A stretch of 64,000 nucleotides of DNA from assembly GCA_026388185.1 (NCBI GenBank), contig JAPLKG010000014.1:276319-340318 (forward strand), given 5' to 3'. How positions within the stretch are numbered: position 1 is the stretch's first letter; every line of letters starts with the position of its first letter. The position numbers and the translations under genes are program-made. The stretch comes from Candidatus Eiseniibacteriota bacterium (lineage in GTDB: Bacteria; Eisenbacteria; RBG-16-71-46; JAFGJU01). Positions 50,522-60,219 of the stretch are shown here, one piece after another. The notes beneath the pieces were generated by a model. It ran no database searches. It was not told where the DNA came from and saw nothing but the letters and a program-made list of their open reading frames with translations.

Positions 50522-51337
50522 ATGCTTCTCACTGGTCTCGTTGACTATCACTTACACACTAAACTCTGCGGCCACGCCCGAGGCGAGGTCGAAGAGTATA
50601 TTGACGCGGCCCGGGCTGCGGGTCTTGTCGAAGTAGGATTCGCAGATCATTTTCCGCTCTTGGGACGCGACAGAACGGGGCTCACGATGTCCCTGGAGGA
50701 GCTGCCGCTCTACTATGAGCGGGTGGCGGGCCTGAGGGAGAGCCACTCCGAAATTCGCGTGAAAGTGGGGATAGAGGCTGACTACATCCCCGGACAGGAA
50801 GCGCTCATAGAGAAACTGCTCAGTCTGTACGAGTTCGACTACGTGCTTGGGTCCGTACATCACATCGGGGACCTGGATGTCAGCAGTTCGCGGAATCTTG
50901 CCCGAGTCAATGCAATGGACTTCGACTCGCTTTACACCCAGTACTTCACCCTGGTAACGGAGTGCGCCGGAACGGGCTTGTTCGATATTCTGGCCCATCC
51001 CGACATTATCAAGAAGCACGGACATACCACCTCGCTTGACCCGAGACCTTTCTGGGAAGCGACCGTTGAAGCGACTGCGCGTGCCGGAATGTGCGTCGAG
51101 GTGAACGCCTCGGGTTTGCGGCGGCCGGTGAAGGAGATCTATCCCTGTGCAGAGTTTCTGGGAATGTGCCGGGAGGCCCGGATACCCATTACGCTTGGCT
51201 CGGACGCGCACGCGCCGTCCGAGGTGGGCTCCGGCATGGAGGATGCGGTCAGGCTGGCTCTTCAATGCGGGTACACTGAGAGCGTTCTCTTCTCGAGGAG
51301 AAAGGTCGAGGGGAGAGTGAAGCTAGGGGTGTCATAG
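50522..51337 (+). CDS. PHP-family histidinol-phosphatase (HisJ-like)
   Basis: DYHLHT..CGHA, DH, GIEAD, GSVH, AHPD, GSDAH. Confidence 0.88.
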   Translation: MLLTGLVDYHLHTKLCGHARGEVEEYIDAARAAGLVEVGFADHFPLLGRDRTGLTMSLEELPLYYERVAGLRESHSEIRVKVGIEADYIPGQEALIEKLLSLYEFDYVLGSVHHIGDLDVSSSRNLARVNAMDFDSLYTQYFTLVTECAGTGLFDILAHPDIIKKHGHTTSLDPRPFWEATVEATARAGMCVEVNASGLRRPVKEIYPCAEFLGMCREARIPITLGSDAHAPSEVGSGMEDAVRLALQCGYTESVLFSRRKVEGRVKLGVS

Positions 51338-51415
51338 CCTCATATACGTATATCTGTATATAAGACTATGACGCTTACCTCCTACTGTAGAGCGGCGAAA
51401 CACGGGGCCTTGAAA

Positions 51416-52882
51416 ATGCATGACAGATTTGTTGACGCGGACGGAATCACCTTCGACGACGTCCTAATCCTGCCTGCGCGTTCGACCGTGGTTCCTGCGC
51501 AGGTGGACGGCAGGACGCGCCTCACGCGAAACATCGAGCTCGGGATTCCGCTCGTGAGCGCTGCTATGGACACGGTGACCGAGGCGGCGCTGGCCATCGC
51601 AATCGCCAGGGAGGGCGGAATAGGCTGCATCCACAAGAACATGGGGATCGGAGAGCAGGCGGCGGAGGTCGACAGGGTAAAGAGAAGTGAGAGCGGGATG
51701 ATTGCCGATCCCATCACGCTTTCTCCCGAAGCTCCCGTCAGAGCGGCCCTGGAGCTCATGGATAAATTCAAGATCTCCGGCGTGCCGATTACCCAGGGCA
51801 AGAAGCTGGTGGGTATTCTCACAAACCGGGATCTGCGGTTTGTCGAAGACGTGAATTCGCCCGTGGGAAAAGTGATGACTCGCGAAGGCCTGGTAACCGC
51901 ACCTGAGGGGACGACGCTCGAGCAGGCGACGAAGATACTTCACAAGCACAAAATCGAAAAACTGCCGGTGGTGGACGCAGACTACAACCTTGTAGGATTG
52001 ATAACCGTCAAAGACATCATGAAGCGCATCAAGTATCCCCAGGCGTGCAAGGATTCGCAGGGGAGACTGAGGGTCGGTGCCGCCGTCGGCGTATCCGGGG
52101 ACCTCGAGGAAAGGGTGCTGGAACTCGTCAGGGCCGAGGTTGATGTGCTTGTTCTGGACAGCTCGCACGGGCATTCGGAGAATGTCATCAAGGCTGCAGA
52201 GAGCATCAAGAAACTGGCTGCCGGGATTGAGCTTGTGCTCGGCAACGTCGGGAGGGCAGAGGGCGCCGAGGAATTGATATCTGCCGGGGCCGATGCCATC
52301 AAGGTCGGGATGGGGCCGGGAGCCACGTGCACGACGAGAGTGATTGCCGGGGTCGGCGTGCCGCAGATTACTGCCATAATGGACTGCGTGCGCGTTGCCG
52401 ACAAAAAGGGTGTGCCGGTCATAGCGGATGGCGGGATAAGGCATTCGGGCGACATCGTCAAGGCCATTGCCGCCGGAGCAAGCTCGGTCATGATAGGGAA
52501 TCTCTTCGCGGGCACGGAAGAAAGCCCTGGCGAGACCATTCTCTACGAGGGCAGGAGTTACAAGCTCTACCGCGGGATGGGAGCGCCGGGTGCCATGAGG
52601 AGGGGGAGCGCCGACAGGTATGGCCAGGAGGCCGCCACCGCAGAGGCCAAGCTGGTTGCCGAGGGAATAGAGGGAAGAGTGCCGTACAAGGGTCCGCTTG
52701 GTCGGACTGTTTACCAGCTTGTCGGAGGCTTGAGAGCGGGGATGGGATACTGTGGTGCAAGAACGATACAGGAGCTGAGAACTACGGCCAAGTTTATCCG
52801 CATCAGCCCTGCGGCCCTCCGGGAAAGTCATCCTCACGACATAACCATTACACGCGAAGCGCCCAACTACGGGCTGCGTTGA
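51416..52882 (+). CDS. guaB: IMP dehydrogenase
   Basis: TFDDVL, AAMDTVT, CBS pair, [19 protein letters not shown]. Confidence 0.97.
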   Translation: MHDRFVDADGITFDDVLILPARSTVVPAQVDGRTRLTRNIELGIPLVSAAMDTVTEAALAIAIAREGGIGCIHKNMGIGEQAAEVDRVKRSESGMIADPITLSPEAPVRAALELMDKFKISGVPITQGKKLVGILTNRDLRFVEDVNSPVGKVMTREGLVTAPEGTTLEQATKILHKHKIEKLPVVDADYNLVGLITVKDIMKRIKYPQACKDSQGRLRVGAAVGVSGDLEERVLELVRAEVDVLVLDSSHGHSENVIKAAESIKKLAAGIELVLGNVGRAEGAEELISAGADAIKVGMGPGATCTTRVIAGVGVPQITAIMDCVRVADKKGVPVIADGGIRHSGDIVKAIAAGASSVMIGNLFAGTEESPGETILYEGRSYKLYRGMGAPGAMRRGSADRYGQEAATAEAKLVAEGIEGRVPYKGPLGRTVYQLVGGLRAGMGYCGARTIQELRTTAKFIRISPAALRESHPHDITITREAPNYGLR

Positions 52883-52950
52883 GGTGCGGCAAGCGCAACG
52901 CGCAGCTATAGGACAGCGGATCAAGATAAACGCCGCGGCAAGACGACGAG

Positions 52951-53751
52951 ATGGAAAAGCAGGGCAAAGCAAGAGAATTCACTGAAACACTCAGGGGAAC
53001 TGCCAATTCTTGTGGCGTGACCCTTTTCGGGACGGCCTCTTTCCACGGACGAGAGAACGAGGCTCCGAGCACGTTACCCTTTTCCTTGAGTGATCTCCCC
53101 TATGCCGTATCCATAGGGTTCAAGCTCAGCGACGTTGTCGTGGATGGTTTGGTGGACAGGCCGACCCGCACGTACCAGTATCACTACCGTCAGGTGAACC
53201 TGTTCATCGACCAAGCCCTGTTGCGACTTCTCGGGAAAGTGCATGAGCTGGGATACGAAGGCTTCCCGGTTCCCTCGTCACAAATAGTCAACTGGGAATC
53301 GAACACCGGCCATCTCACGCACAAGGTCGTCGCGAAGGAGGCGGGCCTCGGATGGATAGGTCGGAGCAACCTGCTGGTTTCTCCCGTGTACGGCGCCAGA
53401 GTGAGATACGGGAGTCTGTTCACAACCATGCCGCTTCAGACGCCGAGTATGCAAGGGGCAAAAGCCGGTATTCAAGGGGCTCAGGTGAGCGCTCAGGGAA
53501 CTCAGGCGGGCATTCAGGGAGCTCAAGACGGCATCCAAGCGGCTCAGGACTGCGGCGACTGTTTCAGATGTCTCAGGGCGTGCCCGGCCTCGGCAATCGG
53601 AAAGACCCGCGAAGAGTTCGATCTCGGAAAATGCACCGAGATGCTCAAGCTTTTCAGCAAGGAAGAAAACATCGGCTCCATGATTTGCGGGCTTTGCGTC
53701 AGGGCGTGCAAGGGACACGACAGACCGCGGAAGACGCCAGCTGCGGGCTAG
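52951..53751 (+). CDS. Epoxyqueuosine reductase / reductive dehalogenase-like Fe-S protein
   Basis: HK..A..AGLGWIG..LL, CGDCFRCLRACP, C...CGLCVRAC. Confidence 0.8.
   Translation: MEKQGKAREFTETLRGTANSCGVTLFGTASFHGRENEAPSTLPFSLSDLPYAVSIGFKLSDVVVDGLVDRPTRTYQYHYRQVNLFIDQALLRLLGKVHELGYEGFPVPSSQIVNWESNTGHLTHKVVAKEAGLGWIGRSNLLVSPVYGARVRYGSLFTTMPLQTPSMQGAKAGIQGAQVSAQGTQAGIQGAQDGIQAAQDCGDCFRCLRACPASAIGKTREEFDLGKCTEMLKLFSKEENIGSMICGLCVRACKGHDRPRKTPAAG
53452..53550 (+). repeat. In-frame 21-bp tandem repeat (about 4.7 units)
   Basis: QGAKAGI-QGAQVSA-QGTQAGI-QGAQDGI-QAAQD. Confidence 0.85.
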
Positions 53752-53883
53752 CGGAAGTTGTGGCGGCATCCCCGGCCAGCAAGCCGCATGGAGCGTATGT
53801 CGCGTCTGCGCACGATCCTCGGCTGGCCGACCGCACAAATCACTTGTCGCCGCCCCGCCACTTAAGTATTGGAGGGAGCTAGA

Positions 53884-54411
53884 ATGCCCATCCTTACTGG
53901 AAAGCCTGCCAAAGCCAAGCTGGTCGCGGCGCTCATGGCTCCACGTGAGGGGTTGATCCAGAAAGCCCTTTCTGCTCTCGAGCCAACCTACGGGTCAGTA
54001 GAGCTTGCTAGTAGCGTTTTTCCCTTCACCTACTCCGATTACTACAAAAACGAGATGGGGGACGGTCTGTGCAAGATGTTCTGCTCGTTTGGCAGGCTCA
54101 TCGAACCTGATGAAATCGTGAGCTTGAAACTCGAGGCAATCGAATGCGAGAAGAAGTTTCTGAGAGACGAGGCCCCTCAAACGTCATTCAAAAGGTCGGT
54201 CAACATAGACCCCGGCTATTTGGACAGAACGAAGCTTGTCCTCGCTACGACAAAAGACTGCTCCCACCGAATCTACCTCGCCAAAGGAATCTACGGTGAC
54301 GTCGAGCTCGTGTATAGATCGGGAAGTTTTGTCTGCCTGGAGTGGACGTATCTCGACTATAGAGAGGCGTTCGCCATAGAATTCTTCAACAAGGTGAGGA
54401 GCGCAACCTGA
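53884..54411 (+). CDS. DUF4416 family protein
   Basis: YY..EMG, R-x-VNIDPGY, LATTK..SHRIYL..GIY, WTY-x-DY. Confidence 0.9.
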   Translation: MPILTGKPAKAKLVAALMAPREGLIQKALSALEPTYGSVELASSVFPFTYSDYYKNEMGDGLCKMFCSFGRLIEPDEIVSLKLEAIECEKKFLRDEAPQTSFKRSVNIDPGYLDRTKLVLATTKDCSHRIYLAKGIYGDVELVYRSGSFVCLEWTYLDYREAFAIEFFNKVRSAT

Positions 54412-54479
54412 CCTCGCAGCGTGTCTTCTTAACGCCTGTGCGCGCTCGGGCAGAGGGAGGCGATAGTGCCGCATGACGT

Positions 54480-54633
54480 TTTTCCAAATGGCCAGGTTTA
54501 TTTGCTAGTCGCACTTCCAAATAACACGGCTAATATCGGAAGCCAGGTACAAGTGCTGAGGGATGGGTGGGCTTGTGTCCCGGGTGAGGTAAGACACTGG
54601 GTACCGCAGGTTCGAGTCCTAGCTGGGGAGCCA
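54480..54633 (+). repeat. Arm repeat A, copy 1, ending in a tRNA-Asn-like 3' fragment (site 1, 54609-54633)
   Basis: About 150 bp matching 57449-57599; ends GGTTCGAGTCCTAGCTGGGGAGCCA. Confidence 0.85.
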
Positions 54634-54707
54634 CAACTCTTCCGTATTCCGCAGCCCAAACGCCTAAACCTCAAGTACCCGTCGTTGGACCCGGCCGTAC
54701 AGCAAGT

Positions 54708-55190
54708 CTACTCTTCTAGCAGATTCCCGAATCTCAACTGTCTTTGAGGGGCTTTCGCCTTGATAAGGCTGGAGACTTTCTCAACGAACTTCTCGGCCAC
54801 CGCGATAGAATGAGTCGCTTCTTTCAGCGAACAAGGTATGCCGGGTTCATAGATGAACCTGTGACGTTTTCGCCTCATGAAATCATAATCGTTCACAAGT
54901 TTCCTAAACTCATCTCCTAAAACCGAACCCGCAAATCTCACTATTGTCAAGTGCTTGTTCTTGATTTCCGGTCTGAACCCCTCGCTGAACATCAAACCCA
55001 ATCCCATTCTCAACATGGCATTGTAAGCATAGTTGTAGGCACATTCCGGATCCTCTCGTAGGTTTCTCTTCGCAGTTCTCAGATCAGTGCGGGCGCGCTT
55101 GATCAGCTTGGCTACCGCCCTTTGGTCTACAGGACACCTCTTGATCAATCCGTCCTTTTCAAGGGGTTTCTCGGAATGTCTAGAGCTCAT
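54708..55190 (-). CDS. HEPN-domain protein, copy 1
   Basis: AYNAML, G-x-R...H, MRRKRHRFIY; overlaps the MNT gene. Confidence 0.85.
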   Translation of the reverse strand: MSSRHSEKPLEKDGLIKRCPVDQRAVAKLIKRARTDLRTAKRNLREDPECAYNYAYNAMLRMGLGLMFSEGFRPEIKNKHLTIVRFAGSVLGDEFRKLVNDYDFMRRKRHRFIYEPGIPCSLKEATHSIAVAEKFVEKVSSLIKAKAPQRQLRFGNLLEE

Positions 55191-55755
55191 CCTCTTTTCC
55201 CACCAACATTATCTTTGGAGCCGTCAAGACCTCTTCGATGAAACCGCTCGCGACTCTTTTCTTCGCCCGGTATTCTTGCAGAGAGTAGATCGTCGGGTTG
55301 ATTTCTCTCCGGAGTTTTTTCTCCAATCCCGCAATCTTCTCGTTCAACACGGAGATGTCGGGACGCCCGATTATCATTAGATCGATGTCGCTGGTCGCTT
55401 TTTCTCGACCCGAAGCGAATGATCCATAAATGAAGGCCAGCCTTATGTCCTTGAAAGACGATAACGTTTTTCTTACTGCCCCTTCAACACCAACAGTCTT
55501 AGAGACTATGGCCTTCAGTTCCTTGAATAGGGGATGTCCAGTATTCAGAGAGTAGTAGAGCAGGTTTCCGACTCTGTGAGTGACGAATAGGTTATCCCTC
55601 TGAAATCTTAAGAGCTCTCTTCTTATGCTGCCCGCGGAGTAACCCAGGATGCGCTCAAGTTGTCGCAGATAGTATTTCTGGGATGGATTGCTGAAGAAAA
55701 GGGACAGCAAGCCCTGTCTGATTCTTGACTTCGTTACATATAGCGCTTCCAACAT
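55180..55755 (-). CDS. wHTH plus minimal nucleotidyltransferase (MNT), copy 1
   Basis: YGSFASG...SDIDL (GS-x10-DxD); start moved to ATG 55755 after AGGAG. Confidence 0.9.
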   Translation of the reverse strand: MLEALYVTKSRIRQGLLSLFFSNPSQKYYLRQLERILGYSAGSIRRELLRFQRDNLFVTHRVGNLLYYSLNTGHPLFKELKAIVSKTVGVEGAVRKTLSSFKDIRLAFIYGSFASGREKATSDIDLMIIGRPDISVLNEKIAGLEKKLRREINPTIYSLQEYRAKKRVASGFIEEVLTAPKIMLVGKEDEL

Positions 55756-55770
55756 CGTTGAACTCCTTCT

Positions 55771-55788
55771 TGAGTACAATTGTACTCA
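55771..55788. promoter_or_regulatory. Palindromic operator over the -10 of the MNT promoter
   Basis: Perfect palindrome TGAGTACAATTGTACTCA; minus-strand TTGCCG-17-TACAAT; identical at 62764-62781. Confidence 0.7.
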
Positions 55789-56090
55789 GTATTGGATACA
55801 GCGGCAAGTCTTATCTGAACCCAACCTTTGTACCGAAGTGGACTGTGCGACGAGCGTCTGAGGGTGGCATTCCAGATTGCACCACTGCCTGGTACTCGGA
55901 AGCTGCGGTGAGCCCTTCTGGCAATCAAGGCTGGACGACAGTTCTGGCACGATCCGGCCAGGAAGACAGTCTGAAGGTGAACCTATCCAGTCGTCACACA
56001 CTCTCGCTGGCGTTCGTTGTGCCCGCGCTTAGTGCTCCAGTCCGTGTAGACAACCCGGAAGTGAAGGGCGACTTCAAGGCTCTCTTCTAG

Positions 56091-56120
56091 GGTTCGAATA
56101 CTGGCACATTTGGGGAGGCA
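56091..56120 (+). repeat. att-like site 2 (30 bp)
   Basis: GGTTCGAATACTGGCACATTTGGGGAGGCA. Confidence 0.75.
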
Positions 56121-56146
56121 CACCCTCCTGCTGTGCTGCACAATGC

Positions 56147-57286
56147 TCACCGCTGCAGAGCCGTCACAAGACCGGAAAGGCTGACGAACCGAACCTCCAT
56201 GTCACCATACTTCCTGTGGTAGCTGCGGGTCACGTCGTTAGCCACGACATAGTTTGAACCGGTCGGATATTGTCTCCGAAATGCCTGAAGATTCTTGGGG
56301 TCGAACGCGCCTGCCGACCATTTGCATTCGATGGCCACCGGAGCCCTTCCTCGCACCGAGTGTACGAAATCCACCTCGTGTCCTCGTTTGTCACGCCAGT
56401 ACCGAACTGTCCTCACCTGAAGAATGCTCTGAATCTCGTTCAGCACGTAGTGCTCCCAGAGCTGTCCCATGTCCTCTTCACGCAATTCTGTCCACCCGCG
56501 GTGGTAACATACGAAGCCAGTGTCGAAGCCGTAGACCTTCGGGGCCGCCACGATTTCGGTAGACTTGTGTCTTGTGAAGGGGCGAACTACGTGGGTGATA
56601 AACGTGGCTTCAAGCACGGCGAGATAATTGGAAATCGTCGTCCGGCTGATCTCGCAGGAGCGTGCGAACCTCGTCGCCTCGAATATGCTCCCACTTTGCG
56701 CGAGAAGAAGCTCCACAAATCGCTGAAACGAGGCTCTCCTCTCTAAGCGAAACAACTCCTGAATGTCCTTCGCCCAGTATGCATCAATCCATTCCTGGAA
56801 ATCTCGATCCGGAGTATTCGTGGCAAGAAAGAACGGGGGGAGTCCGCCGTAGAGGAAGCGGTGGCTGAGATCCACGTTCTTGAAGTCCACGAGATCGTGG
56901 CTGTTCATCGGCGTAAGCCAAAGATCCCTTTTCCGACCCGCCAGTGTGTCCTTGAACCTTGCCGACGCCCCGAGCGTGGATGACCCCGTGGCAAGGACTC
57001 GAGTCTTCAGGAAGTGGTCTGCCGCGATCTTGAGCAACTCGGAAGGATTCGAAAGGCGGTGAATCTCATCGAGCACAATTCTCCGGCCTACGAGGTCTTT
57101 CAGGAAACCTTCAGGATCCTCCATCAGACGCCGCGTACGGGGAAGCTCACAGTCGAAGTACTCGACTTTGTCCAATGACTTACTCAGGAAGGTCTTGCCT
57201 ACACGTCTAGCTCCAGAAAGCCAGACTACCGGCTTTTCCTTCCAGGCAGATTCAACCAAATCTATCCAGAAAGACCTTCGTACCAT
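56147..57286 (-). CDS. AAA_14 ATPase with DUF4143 and PD-(D/E)xK-like tail
   Basis: GARRVGKT, LDEIH, TGSS, LAGR, GGLP, PKVY..DTG, EVDFV...IECK. Confidence 0.9.
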   Translation of the reverse strand: MVRRSFWIDLVESAWKEKPVVWLSGARRVGKTFLSKSLDKVEYFDCELPRTRRLMEDPEGFLKDLVGRRIVLDEIHRLSNPSELLKIAADHFLKTRVLATGSSTLGASARFKDTLAGRKRDLWLTPMNSHDLVDFKNVDLSHRFLYGGLPPFFLATNTPDRDFQEWIDAYWAKDIQELFRLERRASFQRFVELLLAQSGSIFEATRFARSCEISRTTISNYLAVLEATFITHVVRPFTRHKSTEIVAAPKVYGFDTGFVCYHRGWTELREEDMGQLWEHYVLNEIQSILQVRTVRYWRDKRGHEVDFVHSVRGRAPVAIECKWSAGAFDPKNLQAFRRQYPTGSNYVVANDVTRSYHRKYGDMEVRFVSLSGLVTALQR

Positions 57287-57448
57287 ACGCAACCATTGTT
57301 GCACATGGTGCTACCAAATGCAAGATCAAAAGCACAGTCGAAGGCACGCCTTATTGAGTGGTGGCTAAGATACTCGGGCAGGAGTGTGAAAATGACCTGC
57401 TTGCCCACGTTCCGGGCGGGTCCAGACAGCACTCCGTTCAGACGTCGA

Positions 57449-57602
57449 TTTTCCAAATAACCAGGTTTATTTGCTAGTCGTGCTTCCAAATAACACGGCT
57501 AATATCGGAAATCAGACACAAATGTTGAGGAATGGGTGGGCTTGTGTCGCGGGTGAAGCAAGACACTGGGTACCGTCGGTTCGAGTCCTATCTGGGGAGG
57601 CA
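57449..57602 (+). repeat. Arm repeat A, copy 2, ending in a degenerate tRNA 3' fragment (site 3, 57578-57602)
   Basis: GGTTCGAGTCCTATCTGGGGAGGCA; contains TTCCAAATAAC twice. Confidence 0.85.
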
Positions 57603-57896
57603 CTCGGTGCTCCAAGGTTGCCCTACTTCCTGCGCAGAGGATTTTGGCGTTCTCCAGCGAGAGCGCCTGTTCTCTTTTGGCAGGACTAAGACGAGCCGAT
57701 GGACAGAGACCGGGTATTGCTCTGGTTTAGTATCAAGGGCTGAGTTTTTTCTCTTGGCCTCTACGTGCGGTCGTGCTCACTGCATCCTTGCCCTACCCCT
57801 CGGGCTCCGGAATTTGATGGCAATGGCACGAAACTCAATGGGATGCTGCCGCTGATCGCACGCATTGATACTCGTCACAATGATCTTTAGGCTGGG

Positions 57897-58316
57897 CTAG
57901 TCCGCATCTACCAGATGGTCTCGAATGAACTTCTCCGCAGCCGCAACGACGTGATCTTTGACTCCCGATGGACTCTGTGCCAGCCAGACTGTGAAATTGT
58001 AAAGTTCTTGGGTATCCGCCTTCAGCCACTTACCATTACCAGCTAGAAATGTGAGCAAGGTGGTTACTGCGATCCTCTTGTTGCCGTTCTGGAAGGGGTG
58101 GTTCTTGATCATCAGATAGAAAAGAACACTAGCCTTGCCCACTAGTGTTGGGTACAGGGCCTTGCCTGAAAAACTCTGAAACGGAGTCACAACGCAGCTT
58201 TCAAGTCTGTTTGCAAATCGCGTAGAGAAATCAGGTATTGGCTCGTCGAAGGAGAGGTGTTCTTTAGCGAGTCGAAAGGCAAGGTATTCCACGTCGGCTA
58301 TAGTTATGATTCTCAC
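57897..58316 (-). CDS. Doc/Fic-family toxin
   Basis: HPFQNGNKR motif, 139 aa. Confidence 0.9.
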   Translation of the reverse strand: MRIITIADVEYLAFRLAKEHLSFDEPIPDFSTRFANRLESCVVTPFQSFSGKALYPTLVGKASVLFYLMIKNHPFQNGNKRIAVTTLLTFLAGNGKWLKADTQELYNFTVWLAQSPSGVKDHVVAAAEKFIRDHLVDAD

Positions 58317-58573
58317 TATTCCCTGCTTAAGTTCTTCAGGACTTCGCCATATTCCAGAACTGTTCTACGAACAGCTGCATCTATTCGCTTCTTTCCCTTT
58401 CCTGATGTCTTCTTGCCGAGGACATCTGTGAGAGTACGGTCTGTAATGACGTACGTTTTGCCGATCTTCATAGCACGGATCTGCCCTTTTCTGACCCGGT
58501 TGTAAATGGCAATGCGACTGACTCCGATAAGCTTGGCAAGTTCGGGTATAGTGAAGTATTTTTCCTTAGCCAT
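58316..58573 (-). CDS. Excisionase-like HTH protein, probable antitoxin of Doc
   Basis: YFTIPELAKLIGVSR...GQIRA-x-KIG plus C-terminal helix EYGEVLKNL; abuts the Doc start. Confidence 0.8.
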   Translation of the reverse strand: MAKEKYFTIPELAKLIGVSRIAIYNRVRKGQIRAMKIGKTYVITDRTLTDVLGKKTSGKGKKRIDAAVRRTVLEYGEVLKNLSRE

Positions 58574-58596
58574 GGTTCCTCACCTGAAGTTAGAAG

Positions 58597-58660
58597 GTTA
58601 ACTTGACATCCACAGGTTAACATAAGTTAATCAAGCGAACAACAGTTAACATGAGTTAAC
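58597..58660. promoter_or_regulatory. Cluster of GTTAAC boxes upstream of the HTH-Doc pair
   Basis: GTTAAC at 58597, 58616, 58645 and 58655; GTTAAT at 58626. Confidence 0.6.
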
Positions 58661-58863
58661 GTGAGCAAATTGATCAGTAACAAACAGATATCCTAACGTC
58701 TTGTCAAATAGTCAAGTTAGTGGATAATCCTGGAAAAGCCTTACTTTAGGAAGCTGGCGAGTATATCTCTCCCGGAAGCGACTCCTTTGTGGTACAATTC
58801 TCTTTCCAGTGAGGCCTTCGTTTTCTCAGAAAGGTATTTTATCCACAGATCAGATACCAATAG

Positions 58864-59790
58864 ATGGTATATATACCATCTATTGGTAGACAAATGGGCT
58901 CTATGAAGATGCTAACCAAGAAACATCATCTCGAAATCAAGACCTACTTCGATAGCGTGGATGCAAGAATATACACCCAGAAAGACATCCGACAAATCCT
59001 CGCAAGCAAACGGATTCTATGGCAACTGCCTGGAAAAATAGGCGTGGCTGAATTCCTGGACCATCTCATTAAGAATTCGGAACTCAAGAAAATCGTTCTC
59101 AATTCTCCAGATTATGATAAGAAATACATCCGCTATGCATGGAGGGAGATATCTGCATATCAGCTAAGTCTCTCTTTGAGACCACATTCCTATTTATCTC
59201 ACCGCTCCGCAATGTACTTGAATAATCTGACTGAACTGCCTTCCAGGATCATATACGTTAACTCCGAACAAACCCCAAAACCTCGACATGAAACCAGCCT
59301 TGAACAGAGATTGATCGACTTAGCCTTCAAATCTGAGCCCAGAACCTCAAAGTATGTTTTCAAGCATAAGAATTGGCGGATATGCTGTTTGAGCGGATTG
59401 AATACAGATAATTTGGGAGTAGTGGAAATCCAGGCACCCACTCAGGGCAGATTGCAGGTCACTGGCATTGAGAGAACCTTGATCGATATAGCCGTCAGAC
59501 CTTTTTATTCTGGCGGGACAGGTGAAGTCCTCAAGGCTTATATGAAGGCAATAGGGAAAATTGACACTGACCGACTGATTTCAATTCTGAGGAAGATCGA
59601 ATACATTTATCCGTACCATCAGGTAATAGGTTTCTATTTGCAGGGGGCAGGTTTTCAGAATTCTTCCTTGAATTCGTTTAAAGAAATGGGACTCAAACAT
59701 GATTTCTATCTTGACTATGGTATGCAGGAAAAAGACTACTCCAAAGAGTGGAGAGTTTACTTTCCCAAAGATCTTATGACTGCGCGTTAG
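58864..59790 (+). CDS. AbiEi-like (type IV TA antitoxin family) protein, orphan
   Basis: YLSH-x-SAM...LT, VT..ERTLID...P..SGG; AT-rich. Confidence 0.75.
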   Translation: MVYIPSIGRQMGSMKMLTKKHHLEIKTYFDSVDARIYTQKDIRQILASKRILWQLPGKIGVAEFLDHLIKNSELKKIVLNSPDYDKKYIRYAWREISAYQLSLSLRPHSYLSHRSAMYLNNLTELPSRIIYVNSEQTPKPRHETSLEQRLIDLAFKSEPRTSKYVFKHKNWRICCLSGLNTDNLGVVEIQAPTQGRLQVTGIERTLIDIAVRPFYSGGTGEVLKAYMKAIGKIDTDRLISILRKIEYIYPYHQVIGFYLQGAGFQNSSLNSFKEMGLKHDFYLDYGMQEKDYSKEWRVYFPKDLMTAR

Positions 59791-60184
59791 TTCATTGTCC
59801 GGATATCCACCAAGCCCGAGCTGATCCAATATGATAATAAGGTTCTAATCAAGCGCGAGGCACTTCTCTTCCATCAGTTAGCAAGGCGCCTTCTTGGTAG
59901 GTGACAAACTTAGGCGTCAGGACACGGTCTCATCATCTCTTGGTCGAGGGGCACTTGCTTCTGTCTGAACCGTGGTCTGTGAGAAGGTCGGTTGCATGCG
60001 CCTGTTGCGCCGACTAACGACTGTCAATGGCGATTTAATCTTACCCAGAAGTGGCGAAGTAAAAGTGTACCACCTATACGGCGTGCGCTGATCAGGCGAG
60101 TACGGATCTTGCCTCCTGTCTTGGGTCATAGGTGTAGTTCTTAACCAAACCTATAGTAGACCTCTCACAGGAGGTTTTTCATAA

Positions 60185-60214
60185 GTATCTAACATCGTCC
60201 AGCGAGGGGAGGCA
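60185..60214 (+). repeat. att-like site 4 (30 bp, degenerate)
   Basis: GTATCTAACATCGTCCAGCGAGGGGAGGCA, 5 nt from the stop of the next gene. Confidence 0.55.
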
Positions 60215-60219
60215 ACGAG

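Larger units (their letters stand above)
54627..56117. repeat. 1.49-kb MNT-HEPN module, copy 1
   Basis: Collinear with 61620-63108 (offset about 6993). Confidence 0.92.

Noticed and set aside
51464-52972. 502-aa minus-strand ORF
   Set aside because: Antisense shadow of guaB with no recognisable motif.
54560-54633. Possible intact tRNA gene (also at 57530-57602)
   Set aside because: Only the T-loop and acceptor 3' strand are present; no D arm, anticodon arm or pairing 5' strand.
54466-54747. Plus-strand ORFs over arm repeat A (also 57471-57689)
   Set aside because: They run across the site breakpoints into unrelated sequence and have no clear RBS; likely by-products of the repeat.
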